From Malacoraja senta (lineage: Eukaryota): a DNA stretch of 64,000 nucleotides. The stretch is taken from positions 47,492,001-47,556,000 of the forward strand of contig CM075980.1 in the NCBI GenBank assembly GCA_038087875.1. Reading direction: 5' to 3'. The translations under genes were made by a program, and so were the position numbers. Every line of letters starts with the position of its first letter. Position 1 is the stretch's first letter. This document shows, in pieces, positions 14,075-26,870 of the stretch. A model generated the notes under the pieces. That model ran no database searches and was not told the origin of the DNA. It was given only the letters and a program-made list of their open reading frames with translations.

Positions 14075-14205
14075 TTGCAGAGTCTTACCGCACAGAACCA
14101 GCCCTTACAACCAACTTGCCCATACCGACCTAGATGCCCCATCTAGGCTAGTCCCATTTACCCATGTTTGGCCCATATCCCACGAAACCTGTTCCAGCCA
14201 TACCC
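14075..14205 (-). mobile_element. CR1 3' tail
   Basis: gatatgggccaaacatgggtaaatgggactagcctagatggggcatc tail, similar to the other CR1 ends in the window. Confidence 0.7.
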
Positions 14206-14944
14206 TCCAAACCTTTCTTTTCCACTTCAATAACTTGCATGAGATCTGGAAAAAGTAAAGGAGATGCTCAAATCCTGAACTAAAATCAAACTGCTGGAGG
14301 TATTCAACAAACCAGGCAGCATTTATGCATTGCAATGGCCAGATAGTGTTTCAGGTCCAGACTTTTCTTCAGAATGAAGAAAGGATCTGCATATTCTCCT
14401 TTCATAGCATGGGTAAGGATCCTACTTGCTGTTAATTGATGCATGCTTAATACATGCATTAGCTACATTATAGAGGTCAGATTTGTTACTGCTGGTGTCA
14501 TACCTGTATGGTGCAAGATTTGATGTTACATTCAGCCAACTCTACATATTTCTCTAATGTATTAGAGTACGATGACAAACAAGATGTAGCAAAGAGGGCC
14601 ACTCATGGGATGGAAAAGAGCAAATGCTTGCTTTTGTGCAAGCAACCAACCTACTTTCTCAATATGATAAATTCATGCAACAATCAGTCTTCATTTTGGC
14701 AATCATGGAAACCAAACAGTGGATATTAAGTTGATCATTGCTGCCTTCATATTTCAGATTGATGCCTTTTAAATACAGTTGTAATAACAGCAATGTATTC
14801 CAATATTTCCTTTGAATGTTTATAGAATCAAACATCGCAATGCAAGAGAATTCAAAAATAAGCCACAAGTAGTTATTCAGACATTCAAAAGCTTGTTTAA
14901 ATTAGCTGATACATCCCAGAGGAAGATCAAGAAGGTAAGAATGA

Positions 14945-15482
14945 GGATACAAGAAACTGCAAATGTTGGTTTATCAAATAAGACACAAAGTGCTGGAGTA
15001 ACTCAGCACATCAGGCAGAACTGGTTGGAAGCCTTCTTCAGGTAGAAATGTGGAGAGATTTAGGAAGAAAAACTCTGGAGAGAAGTGAATGGATGACGTT
15101 TCCGTTTGAGACCCTTCTTCAGACTGGTTAGGGATACGAGAGATATAGACGATGATGTAGAGAGATAAAGAACAATGAATAAAAGATATGCTAAAAGGTA
15201 ACGATGATAAAGGAAACAGGCCATTGATTGTTGTTTGTTGGGTGAAAACGAGAAGTTAGTGCGACTTGGGTGGAGGAGGAATAGACGGAGAGGGAATGCC
15301 GGGGCTACCTGAAGTGAGAGAAATCAAGTTTCATACCACTGGGCTGTAAGCTGCCCAAGCGAAATATGAAATGCTGTTTCTCCAATTTGCGTTTAGCCTC
15401 ACTCTGACAATGGAGGAGACCTAGGACAGAAAGATCTGTGTGGGAATGGGAAGGAGAATTCAAGTGTTTATAAACCGGGAGA
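14945..15482 (-). mobile_element. Penelope-like element 3' fragment
   Basis: Minus strand HLNSPSHSHTDLSVLGLLHCQSEAKRKLEKQHFIFRLGSLQPSGMKLDFSHFR plus terminal repeat; 15094-15225 is near-identical to 37321-37460. Confidence 0.85.
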
Positions 15483-16689
15483 TTTTTTTTTTGTAGTGGA
15501 TTAACCAGCTTTATTTAGATTAACAAGTAAAAATAATTAGATGCATGGAACCAAAACTGTGTTAGCTTGCCTTGAAAACACATTGATCTTGATGCCTGTA
15601 CGTGTACTGTCAAATATAAATCTCAGACATACTAACAGATTTGAAAGGCCAACTCTGTCCTTTTGAACCATTACAGGAGTCCCGATGGGAAGGATAAAGC
15701 TGCTCAGTTACTATAAGGTCAGAACAACAGTACAATCCTAGATTCCAATGATCTTAATGGGTTTATACAGCCTGGAATGTGGAGGCAAAAGGAATGCGTA
15801 AAAAATAACCATTTTTCATCAACTATTTTGGATTATTTTAATATCTTTCAAGAATTATATTGTGATTTGTGATGTTTTAGGTCATAAAATATTGGATTTT
15901 TTACTCCTTGTTTACTACTTAGTAAATGTCTTTGAATGTCGCCAAATAATATTTGTTAAAAATCTCATACATCATTTACAGTCAACAACACTGCCTGGCT
16001 ACACTGATTGTCAGAGGCTTTTTTGGGGGGAGGGGGGAAACAGGTTTTCTTCATTACACTGCCAGAGTCTTATCACCATTCAGACCATGCCACTGGGCTT
16101 CAGGATGCTTCAGACCAGTTTAAGTGGCACCCTGAGTTCAAACTAGGGAAGTACTGTAGAGGAGATCATCTGGCAACAATTTTACGCTGAGTCACCAGCA
16201 TATCAAGATCAAGTCCAGTGTGACGTTTATGACAAACTATCAGTTCTGGTTCCAAGAACCATTGTTGAATGGGAAATCCACAATATCTTTCTTAATATAT
16301 TAACCTCATAAAAACCATAAACTGACATTTTAGATCTCAACAGAAAGTAAACAAGTTAATTTTTTTATTAAATTATTTTTTCAAAAGATGTTTAATTCCT
16401 TTCCAGTTCCAAATTTACAAACTTAAAATACATCAAGTCATGTTTATTGTCAGTAGTGTAAGTATGATGTGGTACAGGTACAATGAAAAACCTTACTTAC
16501 AACAGCATCACAACAACATAGACTCCGACAAACATACATCAAATTAAGCACAAATTTCACATTATAGGCATCATTTCTAAAAGAAAGAATGTGCAAAAAA
16601 CAAAATATTGGTACAAAAATATAATTAGAAACAAAGTACATGGTTGTGCCAGAGGTGGACCACAGTGTTTTGTCATTTGGGTGCCATTA

Positions 16690-17120
16690 GAATGAATGAA
16701 TGAATTAATTAATTAATAAGTATATTGGCCAAGTATTCACATACAAGGAATTTGCCTTGGTGCTCCGCCCGCAAGTGACAACGACATACAGTGACAGTTA
16801 AGAATGACACATAAAACATTAAACATTGATAATAAAACATTATCGATTAAACATGTGAATTAAATAAAATATCAGAGCAAAAGGAGGCTACAGATTTTTG
16901 GTTATTGAGTAGAGCTACTACTCGTGGAAAAAAAGCTGTTTTTATGTCTGACTGTGGCAGCTTTGACAGTCTGGAGTCGCCTTCCAGAGGGAAGTGATTC
17001 AAAGAGTTTGTGGCCAGGGTGAGAAGGGTCAGAGATGATCTTAACCGCTCGCTTCCTGGCCCTTGCAGTGTACAGTTCGTCGTTGGAGGGAAGGTTGCAG
17101 CCAATAACCTTCTCAAGAAC
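16690..17120 (-). mobile_element. Rex1/Babar-type LINE 3' end
   Basis: EKVIGCNLPSNDELYTARARKRAVKIISDPSHPGHKLFESLPSGRRLQTVKAATVRHKNSFF is the typical Rex1 C-terminus; (ATTC)n tail at 16690-16704. Confidence 0.85.
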
Positions 17121-18756
17121 CTGTTCAAGATCCAAAATCAACTTTCAGACAACACTGTACAAAAGCAAATTAAACTTCAAACCAAAGCAAGCAAAAGATT
17201 GTTCATATGTGCAAATGAGTGACCAACTGGAGTACCTCATATAACTGTGATTATGAACTATAAAAGTAATGTTATGTCAAATCACCCAAAAATGGTCCAA
17301 TTCAGCAGTCGATTCAATTTCTGCACCTGTCTGCTCCATCAAGTGAATCCTGATGCTGATGTTGGCTCTGAAGTCCAGATGTTGGCTTTGGACAGACTCT
17401 GTCCTCCCATTGCTTTCACTCCAGTCTTAAACTATAATTGAAAATCCCTGCTCATGGCTGAGTTATAGCTATACATCTCCATAGTACATTGCTATAGAAA
17501 TTCCATTTCAATCACAGCTTATACATTTTATTGCAGTGTTCATCAACTGAATTTTATAAATGTATAGGAAAAGGATGCTACGACTCTGCCTGAAAAATTG
17601 TTAGTGAAAGAAAAACTAAGCTATGCTCTGAGTCAAGCAAGAGAGCAATGATCAAAAATCATAAAGTATGGGTTCCTAAGCTGCCAAAGGTTCTTCATTA
17701 AATCCAACATACTCTCTGCCTTAAATTATCCTTATCCATGGCCTTGTCCAGTGTCAGTCCATTCTGCCTGCACTTTGATTGCTATCCGCAGTACTGCTTT
17801 CACCTCATCTTAATGCACTGAGTCATCTTGCTGTCACCTGGTGACACAAAGTGGCTGCAGAATCCCATCATGTTGTGCCCTGCTGAATCACAATAAACTC
17901 ACCATGATGTAGAGGATACAGCTGTTCATCCCAAAACCTTGCATATTTGAGGATCTATGTGAAACACACAGCATTTTGAATAGTACAGAAGGGTTTATAC
18001 CCATTTCCAAATCATAACACAGAGACATTGTACGCACTTAAAATGTTCACTGCAATCAGATTTTTTTTCACATGCTCAGCATGTTATATTATTTTGAAAA
18101 ATTCCTTTTCAATTACCCATCGATGTCGTACTTTGGTGCTGTATATTATTGGCTACTAATATTTAGGTTTGAATATCAGAAGTATGACCAAGGTTGATAT
18201 TGTAAAAGGTAGAGCAAGCGATCCAGAATAACCATTTAATTCTATGAGCACGATATGAATTTACAGAATCATACTCCAAAAACATTATGATGCAGAGGTG
18301 TGCACCTCTTCAAAAGGTCAATTTTAATCTACTGCCTTTGCCATTTAGTTAGTTCGTTTTAGTGAGTTTAGTTTATTGTTACATGTACCAAAGTAGAGTG
18401 AAAAGTTTTTGTTGCATGCTAACCAGTCAGCGGAAAGACTTTAATCAGACTTGGGTAGTGTGCATTTTCTGCTTTCTTTACAGATTCTCAGCTTTGGCAG
18501 TCCTTTGCTTCTCAGCCACATAACAACGACACACATGAGTCGATCAGAGGCTGGAATCCCCTGCTGAGCAACTCACTTGATGTCCTAATGCCTTCCTACC
18601 ATGTACATGATGGAATACTCTCCACTTATTTGAATGACTGCAGCTCTAAGTCACACAATACCATCCAGGACAAAGCATCCCACTTGAAAGACATGCCATG
18701 CACCACCCTAACGTCTCATTCTCTCTCCCACTGGTGCACTGTGACTACACTGTGAG

Positions 18757-19003
18757 CTACTTCCCCACAGCCATCAGGCTATTAAACTTGGCTCGGACAA
18801 AACTATGAACATTAATAGCCCATTATCTGTTATTTGCACTTTATCAGTTTATTTATTCATGTGTGTATATTTTTATATAATAGTATATGGACACACTGAT
18901 CTGTTTTGTAGTCAATGCCTTCCATGTTCTGTTGTGCTGAAGCAAAGCAAGAATTTCATTGTCCTATCAGGGACACATGACAATAAACTCACTTGAACTT
19001 GAA
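18757..19003 (+). mobile_element. Rex1-like LINE 3' end nested in an older LINE fragment
   Basis: gctacttccccacagccatcaggctattaaac (SYFPTAIRLLN), then 3' UTR, aataaa and a (CTTGAA)n tail. Confidence 0.65.
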
Positions 19004-19849
19004 CATACACAGCAAATACTCACCCCAACGTCTCTAACAGCACTTGCAAACTACACCACCAAGGACAGCAGACACATAGCAACATCAACAACTGCATTTC
19101 CCCTCCAGGTCACCCACCATCCTTACTTTGAAATATAATGAAGTTCTGATGGGATATCTCAAGTCCTGTGTCTGATTATTGTATAAAAGTTTCTCTTTTC
19201 AAGTATTCCATGCATAAAAATGGGTCCCAAACCAAAACCTCACTTATCCATGTCCTCCGGAGATGCTGCCTGACCCGCTGAGTTCCCCCAACAATTTGTA
19301 TCTTTTTGTGTAAACCAGCATCTGCAGTTTCTTGTTTCTACATAATCTAGGGGACCTTTGGATAGGGTTTCCATCCCCACCCTATCTATATTGCATATTT
19401 TTTTAAACGCATACATTGCTGTGCACATAATGTAAATGTTTCTATATCCACAGTTATGATAGAAGCAACCCACCTAAATACATACTACCTGCATGTATAC
19501 CCTCCTCCCAGTGAAGGTCCCACGGCACCCATCTGTGTTTCAGAACATAATTAGAATGTACCAAGCCTACGCAAGCAACACCCATTATGCCTGTAAACAT
19601 ACTTAAAAGGGCAAAATGCATGACATTCACAAATACATGTTTATGCCATGTCAATCATCTTCCACCTTTATCTTTGCTTGACCTAAAGAATATTTTCTCT
19701 TTTCATTCTGAGACAAAACCATTTAGATTCTTACTCCATTTATAAGTTGTTGTTACCACTCCAGATGGCATACTTTTGTACAACATGGGGAAAATGCACA
19801 TGCAGAACTATTCTAAACAACTTTGAATATGTAAGCAAAATACACTGGT

Positions 19850-20400
19850 TGATAGAATCTTGAAAATGAAACAGAAACGCTGGGAAATACTGAGCGATTC
19901 GAGGAATATCTGTGGCTAGAGAATAAGAGCTAATATTTTGATTGATAAAAATGTTAATGGCAGAAAGGTAGGTGTGAGGAGACGAGGGAGGGAAATGGGG
20001 CAGTCTGTTTGGACGAGAGGAAAGATTAAACAGCAAATGCTGCATATACAAATGGTAAAAGTGGAAAAAAATGGTAAAGAGAAGGTTTGGATGGGCATAG
20101 CAGAATCACGACCTAAGAATGCAGCCCAAAACAATAAAACGTGGGCGCAGTGGTTTTAATCTCAAATTGTTTGAATGTAATGTTCATTCTGAATGACAGC
20201 CCATCAAAATCAATCATGTAATATTCAAGTTTAAGGTGAAGTTCTTCAGATGACAGAGAGGCAAGGTGAAGAATTAGCGATAGGCCATTTGAAGTCTGAG
20301 CTTTCTCAGGGGGAATTAATGGAGCTGTTCTGCAAATTCAGCATCCAATCTGTATTTTGTCTGCTTAATATTGAGGTAACCACATTTTGAGCTCATTAAA
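19850..20400 (-). mobile_element. Highly degenerate Penelope-like fragment
   Basis: Terminal-repeat motif cgctgggaaatactgagc...gaatatctgtgg followed by decayed endonuclease-like sequence. Confidence 0.45.
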
Positions 20401-21935
20401 ATGAGAGACATACAAGTAGATTGCTGTTTCACTGAGAAATAATGGAAAGATATACATTGTAGCATAACTTGTGTTTTCATAGGAAGTTTGCTAGATTATC
20501 AATAAAGTGCACCCATTTCATAAAAATGCAGAAAGCTGAGGGGACAGAAAGATGGTTTTGATGGTGGCATGATACTGAAGATACAATGATCAAAAACAAG
20601 CACGGAGTGCTGGAGTAGCATCAGCAGGTCAGGCAGCATCTCTGGAGAACATGGATAGGTAACCCTTCTTCAAACTGATTGTTGTGGGAGGAGATGGGAG
20701 GGGATGGAGAAACAATGATCAGTTGTATATGGGGACAAACTGGTAAGGTGAGGGGAATCAATTCTGGAAGAGTTGGAAATAGGTGAGAAAAAAAGTGTGA
20801 GAAATGGAACAGACACTCTCAAGAGCAGTTTCCATACCTAGTGGTCAAAGAAATGGAGGAAGGGGTGGGAAGAGTTCAAATTGGATTATATGACAGTGAA
20901 GGGAGAATTGAAATTGGGTGCAAAGATGGAAAGAACAGTAAATAGCTCCTAATACAGTTATCACCATATCAGAAAAACAGGCGAGGGAGAGAAAAAGTGC
21001 AGGATTTAACCAAAATATTAATCACAAATCTCACAGCATGCACACATGGCTTGGACCAACAAGGATTACTCTAATGACACCTTTGATCTACAGAGTTAAT
21101 GGAGTCAGAAGAGAAGGTGTTGACTATAAAATGTTCTGGGCAACTATCACTAAAATTCACCACTCCAATTCCAATGTGACCCATTTCCTTCACTTTTCCA
21201 AAGAAGCTCAATATAGGCTCCTATTTCAATTTAGGACTTCATAACCTTTTGGACTGTGCATGCAATTCAGCAATTTCAGAACATATCTACTGTTCCCATT
21301 TTCTTCAACAGCGAGTGTCGAAAATGGTCTTGCAGTGCTAATGTATTCTTTCTCGATACCACCTTTTCTATCTAGGCATCTTATTTTCAAAAAGCAAAAC
21401 AAACTGCAGACACAGTAAATTGTTCTGAAAATATTCAGGTCAGGCAGCATCTTGGAGGGAGTGAAGGGTTAATGTTTCAAGTTGTTAACCTTCTAATGAA
21501 TGCGTCATAGGCATTTATTCAAGCATACAAACATATAAATGAAAGGTAGGAATAAGCCATGACCTAGATTCTGCCCAACATTTCCTTATAAGACCAGCCA
21601 CCCATTCCAGGTATAGGTTGGATAAATCTTCTCTGAACTGCTTCAATTTCTTCCAATGCTCATCAGCGAGTATATAATGTGAAGTAATGAAGAGATAGGG
21701 AAAAGTCATCCTCCACATATGCAGCATGACCTGTTGACCCTCTCCAGCAGTTCAATTTCACGATCACCCTTTGCTTCGGACGGTCCATTAACTATCTTCT
21801 TATTTAATTTCTCTTGTAATTTTTCAGTTCTGATAAATGATCATTCACTTGAACAGTTTCTCCCCAGAGAGATGGTTCCTCTTCAAGTAATTTGTAGCAC
21901 TTTTCTTACTTTTGATACAGAAGGAAATCAATCCA

Positions 21936-22256
21936 TTTAGTTTAGTTTAGTTTAGTTTAGTTTAGTTTAGAGAGACAGCGTGGAAACGTGCCTTTCAGCC
22001 CTCTGGGTCTGCGCCAACCAACAATCACCTGTCTACTCATTCTATCCCACACACTAGGAACAATTTACAGAAGCTAATTAACCTAAAAACATGCACATCT
22101 TTGGAATGTGGGAGGAAACCTGAGCATCCGGAGAAAACCCACCTGGTCACAGGGAGAATATGCAAACTCCATACAAACAACACCCATAGTCAGGATCGAA
22201 CCCCGGGTTCTGGCGCTGTAAGGCAGAAATTCTACTGTTACGCCACTGTGCCGCCT
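21936..22256 (-). mobile_element. tRNA-derived V-SINE (HE1-like), full length
   Basis: Reverse complement starts ggcggcacagtggcgtaacagtag with B box ggttcgatcc, has a V-domain ggttttctccggatgctcaggtttcctcccaca, a CR1-like tail and (CTAAA)n. Confidence 0.85.
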
Positions 22257-22659
22257 CGTCTACCAGTCTCTTTACCTGTCTCTTATTTTCCTATTGCCCA
22301 TCAATTTGCTCCCAACAACTCCCTTTATTTCTATTTCCTTCGCTCCATAGATGCTGCTGCACCCGCTGAGTTTCTCCAGCATTTTTGTGTACCTTCGATT
22401 TTCCAGCATCTGCAGTTCCTTCTTGAAAACTCCCTTTATTTGTTTTGTCCTTCAGATGTCAATTAATCTAGGAGCTCATCTCCAGAAGATCAGACAGTAT
22501 CTGTGGAGCGAAATGGGCAGATGACATTTATGGTCAAATGTCAGGATCCAGCAACTGCAGTCTCCTCTGTCCCCCGCTGAAATCCGCCAGTCATGAGAGG
22601 AATGTGCAAGCTCCGCACAAATACCTCTTGAGGTCAGGATCAAACTCAGCTCCCTTGCT

Positions 22660-22905
22660 AACTGCAGATCGATACAAAATGCTGAATAACTCTGTGGGTC
22701 AGGCAGTACCTCTGGAGAAAAAGGATGGATGACGTTTTATGTTGGGATTCTTCTTCAGACTGTGAAGAAGGGTCTCGACCCGAAACATCACCCATCCTTT
22801 TTCTCCAGAGATGATGCCTGGTCCACTAAGTTACTCCAGCACTTTATGTTATTCTTTGGTATAAATAAGCAAAGGTATAAATCGGCAGTGCTTTGTTTCC
22901 ACATT
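22660..22905. mobile_element. Fold-back element from Penelope terminal repeat
   Basis: Inverted arms around cttcttcagactgtgaagaagggtctcgacccgaaac. Confidence 0.75.
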
Positions 22906-23464
22906 TTCCTTTGTTAACTGCTTCCTCAATGTCCCAGATGTTTCTGCTTATTTTATACATTTAAATACATATTTACATGCAGTTAATAATTGTTTATATA
23001 ATGCTTGGAATATATAAGGTTGGAATTATAACCTGTAAATATTCACTTAATATATCAAAAACATTTGCACACAGTTGTGGTTTAAACCTCAGGATTGCAG
23101 GAATGTATAAAAGATTTTAATAAAATATTTAATAAAAAAGGAATAAAAGCAAAAAAGTCAAGTCAAAACAGTTCATTGATTTTTTATATAGTTTAAAATA
23201 AATTCATCTATTCCTGTCATGATCATATCCATTTTCCTTTTATTTACTTGTATTATAATGACTTCCCATTGGAGATGTTTGAGCACAAAATCATGGCTGG
23301 CAAACCCAGGCCGGCACTGTCAGAGGTGTCACCTTTCAGAAGAAATTTAAAAAAAAACATCTCTAGTTTTTGGACAAATATGATTTCAAGGCAACATTTC
23401 GCAGAAAGGCAGGAAGTTTCTCCCAATGCCCTGTCCCTCTGCTAACATCACTAGAACAGGTTAC

Positions 23465-23605
23465 CTACTCATTTACCTCAATGTTGTTTGTGGGACCATG
23501 CAGTACCTGAATTAGCTGCAATATTTTCTGCATACAAAACTATTTAATAGTATGTAAAGCCCTTTGGGACATTCTGAGCTCATGAAAGATACCGCATAAT
23601 GTATT
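23465..23605 (+). mobile_element. DeuSINE/L2-tail-like repeat
   Basis: ttgtttgtgggacc...attagctgc...tgtaaagccctttgggacattctgag...tgaaaga. Confidence 0.5.
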
Positions 23606-25097
23606 TTGTTCTTTCTTTCAACAAGGCAGTAAAACACAAAGAAAAGCAGCAAATAGATAATCATCATCTCACTACTGTCACCATATTCCAAACTAATCTG
23701 TTATGCACGAAAAAATTGAAAATGCTATCCATTCTGGCACATTTTGGTAGGAAGAATTAATTTGTGCACCTGAACTATACAGCTGTAGTACGTGATTCAA
23801 TGGTCTTTGTAACTTGGATTTCTTCAACTATGGCAGTATGAATTTTTTTCCTTTGGCTAAATTTTATAAAAGCTCAATCAAATAAGCTCAGAGAAAAAAA
23901 ACAAATGGCATCAGGTTGTGGAATGTCTGAAGAAGGGTCCAAAGTGTGGCGACTCGTGCATGTGTGATCTATGCAAAAAAGAATTTCAATTTGCAGTGGA
24001 CAGATGACAATAAAAAAAGAACTATTGAACGTTCCATAGAAATTCAGCTTTCCTAATACTCACCGATATACAAAAACCACTGGTGAGTATTTTAACTCCA
24101 GGATGGAACAGGTAGGCAAAAGGGATCACCTGTTCCTGCTGGCAATAGACTCAGTTTACTCCTAAACCTTTACCTTGTCAACAGTGACTACCAAATGAAC
24201 ATCAGCCCAATTAACATTAGGTAGCCTAGAACCAATGTAGCAAGATGGTAAGTAGGTAGGGTGACATGAGGATGGATTGAAATTAATCGAACTGGGAATG
24301 GTGGAAGCTGACACACCGATTAGTACGTTATACCTTTGGAAGCTACAACAGCTCACCTCGATCACACAAAAATAAATGTTGCTTATATTTGTGAGGCTTT
24401 TTCCTAACGGCCCAAATCCTGCATATCCCATCCAAGTCTGCTGCACAACATTGGACTGTAACCTATATAGACAGGCACCGATACATTTCAGCAGAAAGCC
24501 AGGACAAACTGCATTTAAGCATTAGCTGGACAGTAAATGGTGCACAGCAATTTTAACTTAGTTCTAACAAGCAGGCCAAGTTAAAATTGGCCATCCTATT
24601 TCAGTATGCTGGGTATTAGCACACATTACCATAGTCCCATGCTAATAAGCAATCTCAGTTGACAGCTTTAACTATCATTCATGGAGAATTCTCCAGGGTT
24701 TGCCTTGGGTCTGTTGGATGCAATGATTCCAAATACTGGACTCATTCCACGTGAAGAGGAAAAAAGTGCCAATGGAGTAAAAACTTCATCCAGCAAGCTT
24801 CACCTCTTGTACTTTCCCATCTAAAAGAGGAAGCAAACGGAGTAAATGAGAATACGGGAGACTGGCAAATAAGAAATGTGCAACTGAGGAAGTAGGAAGA
24901 GCTTTGAAGGAAAAATCTTGGAATCAGACCATAGTGTGCAGATACAAGTCTCTGGTCCAAACCTCTGACAGTATTCTTAATAGATGACAAAGTGAAACTA
25001 TTTTTATTCTAAATTTAAAAGTATTGCATTCTGTTAACCCATTCATCTCTGCAACATAATGCAGATGAAACATTAAAATGATACATGCATTTGGAAT

Positions 25098-26560
25098 CAT
25101 AGAGCACAGATATTTACCCCTTACCCCAATTTATCCATGTTGACCAGGATGCCCATCTGAGCTAGTTCAATTCCCTCACATTTGACCCATTTCTCACCAA
25201 ACCTTTGCTATCTGTGGATTTGTTCAAATGTCTTTTAAATGTTGCTGTTGTACCTGCCTCAACCACTTCATCTGCCATATATGTACCATCCTCTGTATGA
25301 CAAGGATGCCCCTCAGGTTCCTATTAAATCTTTCCCCTCACCATAAATCAACATTCACCATATCTATGCCCCTCATGATTCTATACACCCCTAGGGGATC
25401 AACCCTCACTCATATCCTCCAAGGAAAGAAGTCTTAGCTTGCCCAACCTCTCCTTAAAAACCTCACTCCCTCAAGTTCACGGCTTTCTTCTTATTGTAGG
25501 GTGACTAAAACATAGCATAATATACCAAATACCACCTCATCAAAGTCATGAGTCAAAGTATAGGGTCCCAACTTCTCCACTTAATGTCCTTACTGATGAA
25601 GGCCAGCTAGCCAAAAGCTTTAGTATGTGTAGGAAAGAACTGCAGATGCTGGTTTAAATCGAAGGTAGACACAAACTGCTGGAGTAACTCAGCGGGACAG
25701 GCAGCATCTCTGGAGAGAAGAAATGGGTGACATTTCGGGTCAAGACCCTTCTTCAGACTGATGAAGGGTCTCGACCTGGAACATCACCCATGCCTTCTCT
25801 CCAGAGATGCTGCCTGTCCCGCTGAGTTACTCCAGCAGTTTGTGTCTACCTAGCCAAAAGCTTTCTTCACCACTCTGCCTACCTGTGGCTCCACACCCAG
25901 GGAACTACGAGGTTGTACTCCCAGGTCCCCCCGTTTAGTTTAGTTTAGGAAATACCTGTTTAGGCCCTGGAGATTCATTCACCTTCATACATTTTAAGGC
26001 ATCCAGCACTTTCTCTACTGTATTGCATACAATCCCCAATGTCACCCCACTAACTTTCCTGCGTTTCCTCATCTTTATGTCTTTCTCTGTGGCCAAATAC
26101 AGAGGTGAAATGTTCATTGAGGACCTCACCCACACCCTGGAGCTCAGCACATATATGTCCACTTTGGCTTTTGAGGGGCCATCCTCTCTACTTAGTTACT
26201 CTTTTAACCTTAGTACACATAAAATCTCTTTGGATTCTCCTTACTCTTACTTGTCTGCCAAAGCTTTCTCATGCCCTCCCAATTACCTGCTGAAGTATAC
26301 TCCAGCATTTCCTATACTCTTCTGGAGGTCCACTTGATCCCAGCTGCCTGTTTCTAACCCATGCTTGCATCTTTTTTCAGTCCAGAGCCTCAAACCAGGG
26401 TTCCCTACTGCCAGCCTTGCCCTCCACTCTAATAGGAACATGGAGACCTTGAACTCTCACAATGTCACTTTTAAAAGCCTCCCACTTGTTCAAGCGCCAT
26501 TTACCCACAAACAACCTACTCCAATCAACTTTTACAACTGCCTGTCAAATACTAAGCTGC
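25098..26560 (-). mobile_element. Old CR1 LINE fragments hosting the insertion at 25622-25849
   Basis: CR1 tail at 25098-25330; VLDALKCMKVNESPGP at ~25955-26010 resembles the pre-RT K-S-P-G-P-D motif. Confidence 0.7.
25622..25849. mobile_element. Young fold-back element from Penelope terminal repeat, with 15-bp TSD
   Basis: Direct repeat ctagccaaaagcttt at 25607-25621 and 25850-25864; ~88-bp inverted arms ggtagacacaaactgctgg...gacccttc / gaagggtc...ccagcagtttgtgtctacc. Confidence 0.9.
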
Positions 26561-26565
26561 ATATT

Positions 26566-26870
26566 GGCACAGTTGTTAGAGCTGCTGCCTCACAGTGCCA
26601 GAAACCTGGGTTCCATCCTAACTGGCTGCTGTCTGTGTGGAGTTAGCATGTTCTCCATGCGACCAAATCAGTTTCTTTGGGTGTTCCAGTTTCCTCCTAC
26701 ATCCCAAAGACATACTGGTTTGTAGATTAACTGACCTCTGCAAAAACTGCCCCTAACGTGTAGGGAACGACTAGATAGTGAGATAACAAACAACTAGTGT
26801 GAATGGGTAATCAATTATTGGTGAGAACTCAGTGGGCCAAAGGGGCTGTTTTCACACTATATCTCTAAGC
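26566..26870 (+). mobile_element. V-SINE (HE1-like)
   Basis: ggcacagttgttagagctgctgcctcacagtgcc...ctgggttccatcc head, V-domain and CR1-like tail. Confidence 0.8.
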
